Shown here in pieces: positions 15,890 to 30,978 of a stretch of 64,000 nt of DNA. Every line of letters starts with the position of its first letter. Positions within the stretch are counted from its first letter, which is position 1. This DNA comes from the human T2T-CHM13v2.0 reference genome, Homo sapiens. The notes beneath the pieces were generated by a model. The model ran no database searches, was not told where the DNA came from, and worked only from the letters and a program-made list of their open reading frames with translations. The stretch lies in assembly GCF_009914755.1 (NCBI RefSeq), contig NC_060947.1; one strand, 5' to 3'. The position numbers and the translations under genes were made by a program.

Positions 15890-16760
15890 ATTCATTCATT
15901 CATTTAACAAACAATTAATGAACATTCACTTTGTTTACTAAACACTTTGACCACTGTGGTAGGAGCTGGGACACAGGAAATAAGGCACAATCCCAGTCCT
16001 AAAGGGACTTTGAACTTAGTAGGGGAGATAGACAAGTGGGAAATTCCAATTCAGTATGGTAAGTGCCATGACAGAGGTTTGCACAGGATGCTCTGAAGCA
16101 CAGTGGAGGGGTCAGGGAAAGGATATCATTGAGTTCAAAAACAGGGAATCATGAGTGAATTTATTGGAGAAGAAGGACCAAACCGGAGAGAGTCCATGCG
16201 GAAAGAATTGACAAAACTTGGTGAATGACTATGATGATTATACACCATGAAGAGAATGAATTAAAAAGGACTTTTGAGGTGGAGATGTCTTGAAGGATGG
16301 TGGTATTGAGGAGGACAAAAATGAAATTAGGAAGGGGTGGCAGTTTTTTGGGGATGCTTTGACTTTAGATTTGAGTCTGATGTGATTGTGGGTCATTTAA
16401 CAATCATTCATTCATCAAACATTTCTTGAACATCTATTAGGTGGCAAGCACCCGGATAGGTATTAGGGTTACAGTGATTAAGAAAGCACAGCCTCAACCC
16501 TGATGGAGCTCTCAGGTTAGTGTGGGGAGGCAGATAATTAAGGACACAGTTATGAGATGGTGTGGTAAGTGCAATGACAGTGGAAGAACAGGGGCTGTTA
16601 CAGAACATAGGAGGAATAGCAAGATAGAATTTGGGTGAGTTTTTGAATGCCCTGTTAGGGGACAGGAGTTGAGGCAGGGAAGGGGAGTGCTCTAGTCAGG
16701 AGAAAAGAGTTTGTTGAAACATCTGGAGGACAGAGAGCATGGGGGTTTCTCAGAACTGAA
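15890..16760 (-). mobile_element. L2 LINE fragments (two antisense 3' ends)
   Basis: ttcattcattcatttaacaaac at 15891 and cattcattcatcaaacatttcttgaacatctattaggtg at 16404, each followed by typical purine-rich antisense L2 sequence. Confidence 0.7.
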
Positions 16761-18902
16761 AGGGCAAGTGTCCTAGAAAGGGTTAAAATTTAGGCTTTAC
16801 CAGTGGCTGAAAGATTGGGTCTGGAGAAATAGACTTGGGAGTCCTCAGCGTGGTGGTAGAGCCATGCAGTAGTGAGCTGAGCAAAGGCCAAGGATTGAGC
16901 CTTGCAGAACACTCGTGGTCTAGAAATTAGGCATGAAGGAATAGAAGTTGAAAGAGAAAGAGGGGGATGTGTATGAGAGGCAGGAAGTGAAGAGGAATAG
17001 TGCAAGTGGAATACAACCCTGAGTCCTCCAGGAAAGTAGAGTTGGCTTTGGCTCACTAGTCTGAGGGTTATCAAAATAAACACTAGATTTAAGTTTTTAG
17101 TACAGGTTTACTTTTAGAATGTCCAAATAATAATGTATCCATTTGAGCTAGAGATGTAATCATGCTATGCACCTGAAGATGGGGGAAAGAAAAGAATATG
17201 GGAAGGTTTGGGCAGCATTTCTGATAAGGAGAGTGGGGGAGGTGTGGGTCTCAGCTGGATGATCACAGAGCCTTTTGAAAAGATGGCAAGTCTTTCACCT
17301 GGCTTGAGGGTCAGGTTATTCTTTAACAAACCTGAAGTAGAGTAGACCTATATGATATACATCCAGTGTATCACCTTCATCTCATTCTGGGACGTAGCCT
17401 GTGTCTATACAACAGCAAATAAATGTTTGGGGAAAGAATAAATTCTGGCATAAGGGTGTGGGCTTCAGTTTGTGAACCAGATGGCATGTTCTGTTGTTGA
17501 GAGGCCATATGTAATTGATACATAAAGTGACAGACTGAAGCAAAAGCAAAGTAAGTATTTTAAGACAAGCAGTTAAAAAAAGAAAGCAGACTGTGACCCT
17601 AAAAGCATGTGAAGATTCTGGCTTCTGGCTTTTGGAAGAGCTGAAAATGTCGGTGCATAGACAGGATGTCAAAAAAGAGCATGTCAAAGAATAGTAATGG
17701 GGCCACTGGCTCAGATTATTTTTAAAGATGAAGTTGTCTTCTGTCAATCAGGAAGACTCAGGTTTGGGGTGAATTGGCCTTTCTGCCCTATTTCACTTCT
17801 CCCCTTCCTATGCTCACCCCAAGGTTCAATTCCCACATAAAAGCAGTCAGGATCTTGTCTAGGTTTAGATAATATTCCCCTTGTACCTTTTAGACAGCAA
17901 GAGAGAATACAGACATTCTATGACAGTGCCATGTTTCAGTGGAAATGATATGTTTCAATAGAACTAATACAGATTACACCCCCTTTTAGGCTTCAGTACT
18001 TACTGTGTCAGGTTGATGTGTGTAGGAGTGCTCATATATGTGCGAATACATATGCCTTCATGGAGTATGACAAATGGAGATCATGGTCCAGTTTGTGCCA
18101 TAATGGGGTAATCTACCTCGCTTTAATAAAGAGGTGGTGTCTTGATGTACGCCTAGTTTTCTTGAGAGAGTCAATGAGAAAGTTACCTGAAATAATCTGT
18201 GTCTAGAGAAGTGAAAAAAAAAAACCAGCAATTATTTGAGGGTTGAAGAAGCCATTTCTGTTAATGGGATGCTGTCTGGAAGAAGAATAGCCTGTGCCCA
18301 GCTTTCTCAGATGGCAAAACATTTTCCTCTTTGGGAAGGGAATAAGAGAGCACAAAGAGGCCTAATCTATACAACACAATAAAACTTGGGTAAAAATGGA
18401 ATCAGTGTAGACTGCCAATTTAGCTAACTGAGGCCTTTTAAAATCTGTTATGCAAATCAGCCAAATCTTTCCCTTACTTTGTGCTGTTTAGACACATGTA
18501 CAATTTTGTGTGAGCTAGCATAATGTAGTCATCTGGAGGTGAAGAAGGTATCACAGTTTCATAAACTAAAATGGCTTCTGTAACATCCATAAAAGGGAAG
18601 CACACAAAGACCCAGAGGTAACCTCTTGCAGCAGGAAATGGGAGCTTCATCCTGCCCCCTGGCTGCCAACCTCCTGTCCTGTTTCCTACCAGCAGATATC
18701 TCCATTCCAATCTCCCCTGCCACTTTGGCTCTCTTGCTGTCACGGTTTAACTGTCCTGAGAAAGTTGCACTAACCGGGCTTGAACATAAGGAACCTGGCC
18801 CAGTCATTAACTACATTGCACAGGAGCAGAGCAAAACACACCAATATTTCAAAACTGAACAACAACGAAGAGACATGTTTACTTTTATATAGAGATTTTA
18901 GA

Positions 18903-18925
18903 CACACACATCCACACACACACAG

Positions 18926-18952
<27 letters not shown>
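18903..18952. repeat. imperfect (CA)n microsatellite
   Basis: Direct reading. Confidence 0.95.
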
Positions 18953-18956
<4 letters not shown>

Positions 18957-20029
18957 CTTTGTTTACTCAGCCAGAGTACAGACAAGATAATTACTTGGCC
19001 AAATCAATCAAATTATTCAAACCTAGAGTGGCCCAGAATTTTTTGTTCTAAATGACTCGTCAGTGCTAGGCATGATAAGGAAGAGTGACTTCCTTAGATT
19101 GCATAATCGCTTCAATTCTCTGTTTCCCTTTGCATATGTTCATTATTGAGAATAAATTCCAATTTGAGAGGAGGCTTTAATTCCTTGTAAATGAATAGGA
19201 AATGAGTAAGTAAATGTTCGGTGTTTTCCTCAAATTATGTCTCATATTGTAAGAAAACAGTGGCAAAAAGCCATCAACAGATGGTGTTTTCATTAGCCAA
19301 AGATTTATTTTTCAAAGCATTTTCATATTAATGAAGTAAGGTTGAAATTAGAGTCATCTTGTCAGATCTAGCTCTGTGTTGTTAACATGTGCTGGCATTC
19401 TGCAAATTGCTAGGGGCAAACTAACCATTTGCCATAATTTTGTGATGGTAACTCAAGGCGCATAGTCTAACTAGACCTCAAATTATGTGTTCAGCCCTAA
19501 TTTTTGTTTTCAGTGGCTTTATAGAAGCCATGAGTCTCAGTTCTGGGCCACAAAAGAGGAACACATAGCAGAGATTTTGCTATGTCCTGCTCTGTACTGT
19601 GAATTATTTATGAGATATCAGTTTTGTGATCAGTGTTGCAACAGGTTGAGGTACTTGTTAAAAACATTATTCTCATGGAATCCCATGTTTGAATGGAAAT
19701 GCATTACAGTTGGAAACACAAATTTCTAATATTGTATTTGCTTGGCGTTCATCAATCTACATTATATTTGCCTAATATATCAATATATTCGCCTAATATA
19801 TCAATATATTCATTTGTGATACATGGAATTTCCATTGATAGGAATTTGGGCCACTGCTAGAGAAAATTATCAACTGGATTCACTACCAATTCCCACTGCC
19901 TAACTCAAGCTAGACCCTTTCATCACACTACAGAGTTATTATATTCACCTTATGGCCAAATTTTTGAAGAGGAGTCTAGACTTGCAGCCTCTACTTTGTC
20001 ACTACACCATACTCTAACCTCAGGATTTC

Positions 20030-21110
<1,081 letters not shown>

Positions 21111-22031
21111 GAACTGCCACTTTTTTTATTCCTCTGACATCAATTTAGCTTAGAGATCACGTCCAAATCAATGATTGCTTCCTGTATTCTTCTTCCTTCC
21201 CCTTTTCTTTGCCAAGAAGACCACAGATTGAGATGGTAGTGGGATTAAAGGAGGCCAGGGGAGACATTGTGCCCCAATACAAGAAAAATAGAATAAATGG
21301 TGAAAAATCACTTCCATGGGAATAAAGCCAAGGAAGCCAAGAGAGACCTGGCAGGAAGGGTAGCAAGGGTTCAGCTGGTCCTCATAATCCAGTTTGAGAA
21401 AATGTGAAATCACACTACCCAGCCTGCAAACACGTGTATCTATGTGAATATATCCATCTATTCATGGGAACAGTGCCAAAGATATTAAGGAGCTACAGGT
21501 ACTTAGCAGACAGAAAGGGGCCAAGTACACAAATCTCTTCTTTTCCTTCATGTTCCCTCTCTCCCCCACATCCCCCCATCCACTTTTTCAAAAGCACGAA
21601 CTTTGAACTACAAAACATAGGAACAATGGAGATAGCAGCGTAGCACTTAACATGACTGAGGGAAGGACTGCTAGCAGAATGAGGGCCAGTAAGTTGGGGT
21701 ATTACATTTGGAACAGACTTTATGGGGTATTGGGATAGTGGGTGAGAGAGAAGTAGATATTGGGGTGAGTCTTAGAGGAAAAGCAGCTACCAGGGCTGAA
21801 AGACTTGGGAGTGGGGAGAAATAAAAAAGCCCATGATTAATCTAGAGTGAAATGATACTCTTTTTCACATAACGAATGGGAAACAGTAGCTTGCTCAACT
21901 GAAAACATGCTAGAATTCCGGCTACTGTTGTAACAACATTATATTCAACAGATCTGCAAAGTACCCCTAATATGTACCTGAAAGAATCTATGTACCAGTA
22001 AATGATGATATGCAATGGATATCTTCTCTTT

Positions 22032-22330
<299 letters not shown>

Positions 22331-22753
22331 TGATGTCCTCTCTTGATACAGTCAGGCTTTGCATTTTGAAGCCCTGCCTCTCTTGTGGGTGAAGCCTCGG
22401 TGCCAAAGAAGGAAAGCTGTGAGATACAATGCTAGATTTTGATGAATTCCACACTCAAAATACTCTTTTTTTCCTGAAGGACCCTACTGATAAATATAAA
22501 ATATTATAATCAAAAACAAAAAAAGTCATGGAATACTGCAGCAAAACTGTGACTGAGGGCTGGATACATGGGTTCCAGTCCTAGTTTTGCACATGCTAGT
22601 AATATGACTGTGCAAAATACTTTAACTCCACTTTGAAGCTTGGTACTCCCATTTGTAAAATACTAGCATCTTCTACTTTGTGAGATTGTTATGGTTTTTA
22701 AATAGTATATATGAAATTGCCTGGCATAGTGTCTGGCAATCATTCAATAATTA

Positions 22754-22948
22754 CAGATGGTCCCTGACTTACCATAGTTCAACTTACGATTTTTCAATTT
22801 GACAGTGGTGTGAAAGTAATATGCGTTCAGTATGCTTCTTGACTTATGTTAGGGTTACATCTGGATAAGTCCATCATAAGTTGAAAATTTCTTAAGTTGA
22901 AAATGCTCTCTCTGGAACATAACTTCATCATAAGTTGAGGGACATGTG
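22754..22948. mobile_element. MER47/Tigger5-family (TcMar) MITE, rearranged
   Basis: TA-flanked, with terminal inverted repeats cagatggtccctgacttac...cataagttgagggacatgtg. Internal gacttatgttagggttacatctggataag...taagttgaaaatgc matches a MER47 end as I recall it. It sits at the tail of a MIR (about 22540-22750). Confidence 0.75.
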
Positions 22949-23337
22949 TAATAGTTTTCTTAGTCTACTCATCTGGAAAAGAGATAATAATATCTGTTCT
23001 TCATATGCTGTGGGATTACTATGAGGGCGAAATGAGATATTGCCTATGAAATACTTTGAAAAGTTAAAGATATTATCTAAAACATAAGGTTTCTTTAATG
23101 TCAATAAATTCCTACATCCACAAAGTCATGAATGTCATATTTTCCCCAATAGTGAGCAAATGTGCAGCATTATTAATTTGTACGTAGATTAGTGCTTGGC
23201 TCATGGCAGATGCTAAATGAATCTTTGAAACATTTGTCTACTGACTAACCGATTTTCACATGACATTGGTTCTCAAGCTCATGGTTCTTTTTTCCCCTCT
23301 TCTCGGTTCCCCTCTGGATTCATACCCTCTGCGATGA

Positions 23338-23517
<180 letters not shown>

Positions 23518-25992
23518 TAGCCTAGTCATTTGGAATGAAGGATTGAATGGCAGTTTTAGAAAGTCTCATTCCTTTAGGATGCTTGTTCCAAAAAAAGTGT
23601 CAGAAACCTATGGTTTAAAAAGAATAGACGGTGATGATGGACAGTGGGGGGATAATAGTTCAAGGGGCAACCTATTCTCCTTTCCAAACAGCAGGCAATA
23701 TGAAAATCAGACATGAAGTGTGCTTCATCCATCATCAAACTGGACATTATCACTCCTTAAAGAGATTACTGGAGTGTCATAGGGAAGTTGGGAATCCTGG
23801 GTCCTTGGGGTAAGGTGAGGTTAATTCAGCACAATATTGTTTCTGTAACAATATTATCAGGACTGCTTCTCCTCTTTCGAGCCTCTCCCCCTCTTCATCC
23901 CCTGCCCATGGTCCTATCTATACCATGCACCCCACCTGGTCCTCACTCATTACCTTTCCACTTATTCTTGTCATCAACAAATCATATCTATTTTAAAGTT
24001 GTAAATTGTAAAGTGCTGTAAAGTGTGAGGTTTTAATCAATTGTCATCTACATCAAATCTTAGAGCAGAGCTTAGAGGAAGAGCTGACCTCTTCTTAAAT
24101 GGACATAATAAAATAAAGATGTTATTTCTCTTTCTCAAGAGCATGAAACTTATACCATTTGGTTTTGTGTTGATTTTGTTGAAGAGCTGATGGTAGGGCT
24201 TCAAGTGTAAACAGGGTTGGGTAAAATATTATAGGATTCTTCATGGGCAGTGGTTGGATAAAAATGTTTCTAATTCTATTTAGAACCTGATAGTCTGGTT
24301 CTAATCTTACTTGTATGACAGACAAATGTAACAGTTCAAGTTTATTTTATTTCAATTTTATTAAGATCTCATCTCTTAATCCAATCTATAGATTCCTATT
24401 TAAGAGACTGTGGAGAATCTTCTTGTAAGGCAAAGAATCCTCTTATTATATGAGTAACCTTCTGACCCCCAATCATTTGGATTTCTTAAAGTATTGAGTT
24501 TCTTCAAGTAGAGTGTACTTGTATGATGAGCATACCATAGAAATTTAATCCCTGCTGGGCACTCCATTTGTGGAAGAGAGTGGTGCTCTACGTAGGGTCC
24601 ATAGAGTACTGGTCAAACTCAGATATGAGACTATAAAATGAAGTGGGGGATTAGGGAAGAAGCATAAGGAATGAAAAGAAAGAGCACTAGAGTGTGATTT
24701 GGAAAACTGTGCTCTAGACTTGGCTCTTCCATGAAGTGGTGGTATGAATCTAAGTCATTTAGCTTCTCAGTTTCAGTGTTCTTACCTATAAAATGAAGAG
24801 TTGAACTGATAACATGACCTTCGACTTCTTTCTAGGTATCACAGGTCATGATGCTGTGAATGGTAACTTTCTTTATTCTATTCTTTTTCTCTCCTGGCTT
24901 ATTCTTTCCAAGAAGGGAGAAACAAAATATAAAGTATTTCAAAGTGGCTTTCAGCTAATCAGAATCCCTCTAATGTTCCACTCTGTCAAAGTTTCTCATT
25001 ATGCTGTTAGATTACAGTATAAGACATCCACACTGGCAAAGGGACAAGGGAGTATTGTAAGCAGGAGACAAGATAAGAGATCCCTTGATTTAGAATTTGC
25101 ATGATTGAATATAGAGTAACAGCTAATAGTGAATAAAATGTGGTTAGAAATTATAATCACCTTCCTTGTTCTCATCAAAAAGACTATTAAGTACAGAACA
25201 AGTTGTAGTGAAAATAGCAAAGTAAGCAGTTTATTTTTATAGCTCATTCACTTTAGGACCTCTCTAAGGTCTCATCTTGCCACTCTGAAGAGCTTATGAC
25301 CCTGGCCAGCCTCACCCAAACATAGCCTGTTCCAACCTTTCCCAGCCCATCCTGCCAATCAAACCTTTATGTTCAGGGCCCTACTCTTTTTAAGTGACAA
25401 GTCTCATAAAACTATCCATCATTGTGTTAATAGGGAAGGAACCACTTTGGCTTTTTAGGTAACAAGCAGTGTTTTAACAGTTCCGTCCTGAAGTTAGTAT
25501 TCTTGCCTGAGTCTTAATGAGGTGACACTAGTGCTGCCACATGCAAATAGAGTAAGGGGAAAGAGTAGCCCATACAGTAGATATTCAAGAAGTGTTCTTT
25601 TATGGATGCTTGCTAAATCCGATCATGTAAGCCACTGTCGGCTCTGGATACACAAAAGGTCTGCTTTTACTAATCCTTTTTTATGCCTGGCATTGTACCA
25701 GGTATAAAGAAAACAGCATAGGCACAGTATCTACCCTCTGAGGGCTTACATGCTGCAAAAATCCACCCTGATGTGGATACACATGTGCAAGAAATACAGA
25801 CAATTGAATATAAACATTAATTGAGAACTGGGAAAGAATAGTGAGATATTGTTGAGAGTGAGAATGTATTTTGGGATTTAACTTCATAGTCTATTGGGTT
25901 TAGGATTCTGTCTTTGATGACAGGGACCCTACAGGATGGCTTATGGAAGGCCATTTCTGTCTTCTATGACATCATCCATTCTGAAAGGTTAG

Positions 25993-26322
<330 letters not shown>

Positions 26323-28219
26323 TAATAATAACAACGGTGAATCCAGGTTACTTATTATCCTCATTCAACACAGAGCCTGTCTCTCCAAAAGCCTTCAGGA
26401 CAAACCTCAGGATTAGAAATCTAGTTAATGGAGGGACTTGAGACTTCATAAATGCTTAAAAATACAGTAGAAAATGAAATGTATAGTAGAATACTGTCAG
26501 TCATGAAAGTAAGACACTGATGGGTGATTTGGAATTTTTTCATTATATGTAATCCAGATTCATCTATAGGGAATGACTATATTCACAGTGTATACCAGGC
26601 ATTTCACATTCGGCGGGGGCGGAGGATACCAGCTAAGGCGCTTCTGAGAAAACTGGAATAGGGTATTTTCCTGTCAAACCTGTTCCCCTTCTTTATTGTC
26701 TGTAAATGTTTTTGTCACAAATTGCCTTTTCATAAAAGGGCCATAAATACTGCCTCCCTATCATGGTTCTTTCTCCCTGTTCTCTATTCTCCTCAGAAAG
26801 TAAACAAAGCTGCAGTCTTCCTATTATAACAGAAACAGAGATTAAGATCACTACAGATTTGTTAGCTGACTTCTATGGTAATGTAGCTTGTTATAATTGC
26901 TGCTGAAGGTTTCAGAATTCAGTAGATGGGTGGTTGGAAAATGTTTTCTGCTGCGGCTGGAGAGCATGGGAAGGAGGTAGAGGCAGCTCCAAGACTCCCT
27001 TTAATCTAATTAAGGAAGGGCATGCTTTGACCTTGCTATGATAACCACTTGATCTCTATATATAGTTCTTTGTCCTGGCTCATCAGGCATCCTTTGTTTA
27101 CATTTCCAAAGGAAACCTCTGTATAATGCATAGCCAAGGGAAAATGTATACCAACAGATGAATACTTCCTCTTCGCTTCCAATACTCCATGGTTCTGTGA
27201 ATAATAGGCATTCTAAAACATAGCGAGGGGCAAATATAGTTAAATACTTAGTAATCAGTTGGTCAACAGCATTTATTGAGCATACGCTGTGTACTCTGTG
27301 GTGGGCGATTTGGGGGCTACAAAAGAAATATATGTGGTTGATGACCTCCAGGAACTTTCAGTCTAGTTAGGGAAAACAGTATATAGTGAGAAAGAGTATT
27401 TATAGAGCAGCATGCAGTGCAGAAAATACAAATGAATGTAGTATAGCCCTTTCAATTTTACTTATTTAGTCTTGTTCTTAGCTTTTAGGGCACTGAGTAA
27501 ATTAAAACACTTTCCTGTATATTTTGTGTGCCACCTTTTTCTTCTTTCCAGAACTGCTGTGATACAATGGCTTAATCCATCCCAGAAGCTCCATGGGCAG
27601 GTTGATTTCCTTCTGGCTCTTCTCAATCCTTTTAAAGAGCTGGACGGCACTGCTCTTTAGCATTAGGAGAAAGAAGAAAGAAAGGAGATGAGTTGGAAGA
27701 GAGGGAGAGGTTTCCCTTAGTCTGGGGAATTTCAGCTTTCTGTCTTGCTACTAGGTCTTAGCTTCATTCACTTTTGGAAGTCTCTCTCTTTAGAGTTCAA
27801 ACTTCAGATGGGCTGGTATTTTCTTCTTTCTGCTCGTATTGCCCATTGGAAGGATATTTAGTTTGGGAAGGGCAAGAATCTTGGAGTCTATGTAATAGAT
27901 GTCTGGCTGCTTCTCCAAGCATAAAATATAAATATTTTAAAATAAATTAATTTAAAAAACACTGCTATGGATGATTTCAGCAGATGATCCTTAAATATTT
28001 TTGGGTGGTTGAGCTAGAAGAAAGAATAGAATTTAAACCATTAGAGCACAAATACATTTGTTGGTGGAGCCCTCTTTAAGGAGCAGTCAGTGAAATTAGT
28101 ATAATTGGAAAATTTAATGGAGAAAATGCATTTTAGCCAAATGTTGAAGGAGAAAAAAAATTACTCCCTCTGGAGAGACAGAAAGCAGAGGTATTAGTGG
28201 AGGTGTAAATGAGCACATT

Positions 28220-29260
28220 TTATGGGGAAAATGGTGCCTTAAGCACTGGGTGTATACAGATAAATAGGAAATGGCACCTGCCCTCAAGGAACACACAGAC
28301 TGGCTGAGAACCTGACAGGTAAAATGGCAAATAGAATGTGAAGTGATAATTACTGTAATGAATGTAAATGCGTGATGACAAGTTAGCATGGAGGAGGAAA
28401 CACTCAGGCCTGCCTGAGAAACTTAGGAAAGGCTGCAGAATGGAAAAAAAATGAGTTATCTTGAAATAAGAGTAGAATTTTGCCAATAAAAATGAGATAA
28501 GGGAGTGAAGGGGACCACATGTGAGAACACAGAAGGGTGATCAGCATGGAGACGTTCAGGGAACTATCAGAAGTTTGGCTTGGCCAGAATGTAAGACATG
28601 AGATTGCAAGAGGTGAGTATGGAGAAGTGAGTAGCTTGGGCCCAAATAATAAAGAGCCTTGTAGGCCATGTATAGGTGTTTAGACTTTAACCTGAGAAGT
28701 CTGGGGAGCCATGGAAGGATTTTAAGCAGGTGAATAACTGAATAAAATCTGTATTTAAGAAGGATTGCTATGGCTGTAGTATGGAGTATGGAGCAAAGGT
28801 CAAGGGTCCAGGGTAAAAAGTGAGGACAAAGAGACCAGTTAGATTTTTACTGATCCAGGGAGAGATGAAGGCCCAGCTTGAGACAGTGGCAGTAGGATTA
28901 GGGAAGAAGGGATACATTCAAAACATTTCTAGGAGGTGGATCAGTATTAATTGGTGATCAGTTAATGGGTGAAGGAGTGAGGGAGAAGAAATACTATGAT
29001 GATCCACAGGGTTCTGGTTTAGGTGACCAAATAGGTCTATGGCCTTTAACTAGGTTAAGAAATATAAAAGGAGTTCTTTTTAGACCTGCAAGGTTTATTG
29101 TTCTCTGGGTCAGAAAGGCAGGTAGGAAATGTCCAGTAGAAAGTTGGCTAGCTGGATTTAGAGGTCAAGAGAGAGGTCTGGGAAAGGGATATACTTGGAA
29201 GTCATTAGCATCTAAGTAGCACTTAAAGCCATGGAGAATGTATAGATTGAAAAGAGGGCC
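28220..29260 (-). mobile_element. L2 LINE fragment
   Basis: Purine-rich antisense L2 motifs: ggggagccatggaaggattttaagcagg, gaaatgtccagtag, gagagaggtctggg, ttaaagccatgga. Confidence 0.75.
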
Positions 29261-29454
29261 TGTGACAAATCTCCAGCCCAATTGTTTGTCACTCACAATA
29301 CAATAACAAACTGACTTTCCAAAAATAAATAGAAAGACGGTGTTGCTTTTGAGGAGATTACTGAAGAATGCTGTGCATTTTGAAAATTAAATATCAAAGT
29401 AAATTATTCATTTGTGGAAAAAAATCAAAGGTTTAGGGTATTATTATCTTAAAG

Positions 29455-29700
29455 ACTACAATAATAAGTAACACTTACTGAGGATTTCCTCTGTTCCAGC
29501 TGAGTGCTTAATATGTGTTAACTCATTTAATTCTCACAACAGCTCTGTGAGATAGACACTGTTAATACCCCTACTTTACAGATAAACAGAGACAAAGAAA
29601 TATTTAAGTGTTTTGCCAAGTTCATGCCACTGGTAGGTAAGAGAGTGGGGATTTGAATACAGGCACTTTAGCTCTGGAGCCTGTGCCCCTGACCACTCCA
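29455..29700 (-). mobile_element. MIR SINE
   Basis: aacacttactgagg...ttaattctcacaacagctctgtgagatag...tttacagataaacagagac...ggatttgaatacagg. Confidence 0.75.
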
Positions 29701-30056
29701 TTACGCGTTGTTTTGCAAGACCAAGGTACACGCCACTTGGATGTCTCTTGTTAATCATGGGTGGTTCCTGGACCCATTGTGAGGATGACTTGTAGTGAGC
29801 AAGGGGTATGGGATAGGGATGTGAATTCTGAAGGACAGCAAAGGAGAAACAAAGAGCAGTCAAGAGACGAGGAAAACCAACAAAAACAGAGGATCAAAAT
29901 CTCAGAGGAAGGAGAGGCCTTCAAAATGTGGAAGATTTGATGAGTCAATTGGAGCAGAAGCATAGAAGATTTCATTAGTCATCTTTGAGGGAGAAGGTTC
30001 TACGCAAATATGAAGATGGAACATAAATTCAAAGAGGTCAGGAAGAAAGTAAGTTA

Positions 30057-30435
<379 letters not shown>

Positions 30436-30854
30436 TTATTATCCTTTCGAAGAGCAGAAAAGTCAGACTCATAAATGCTCTGTTTGTGTATTATTCTGCT
30501 ACTGGTGAGTTAACAGTAGGAATCACTAGATCCACTGCGTTCATCCACATATGCTTCCCTTCCCTCCCTGACTTGGTGTCCAGCTTTATCTCCAACCCAG
30601 GACACTGTAGCCTTAGTTTCTACAACTTGCCTGTCCTAAAAATGGTATGTACGTCCTGGGAGGCAGTGTGCTGTGACAGCTTTGGAGTTGGACAGACAGG
30701 AGTCATGTTAGCTGTGCAACCTTGAACACATACTTTTTCTGAGCCTCAGTTTCACCATCTATAAAACTTGGACTAATAATACATTGAAGAGAAAGGCAAT
30801 ACATGTAAAGTACCTGCTACTGTGCCTGGCATATATAGTCAAAGCTCAATAAAC

Positions 30855-30978
30855 GGTGGTGGTGGTAATACTAGTCATAGTAGCAGGAGGAGGAGGAGGA
30901 GGGAAAGAAGGAGAAAGAGGAAGAGGAGGTGTAATAGCAGGAACAGTTGCTAGTAGCAGTAGTACTAGTAGTAGTAAT
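30855..30978. repeat. low-complexity GGT/GGA/AGT triplet region after a MIR (about 30660-30855)
   Basis: ggtggtggtggt...ggaggaggaggagg...agtagcagtagtactagtagtagt. Explains ORF 30856..31191. Confidence 0.8.

Noticed and set aside
15560-15890. Possible L3/CR1 relic
   Set aside because: Only a faint resemblance, too degenerate to call without an HMM search.
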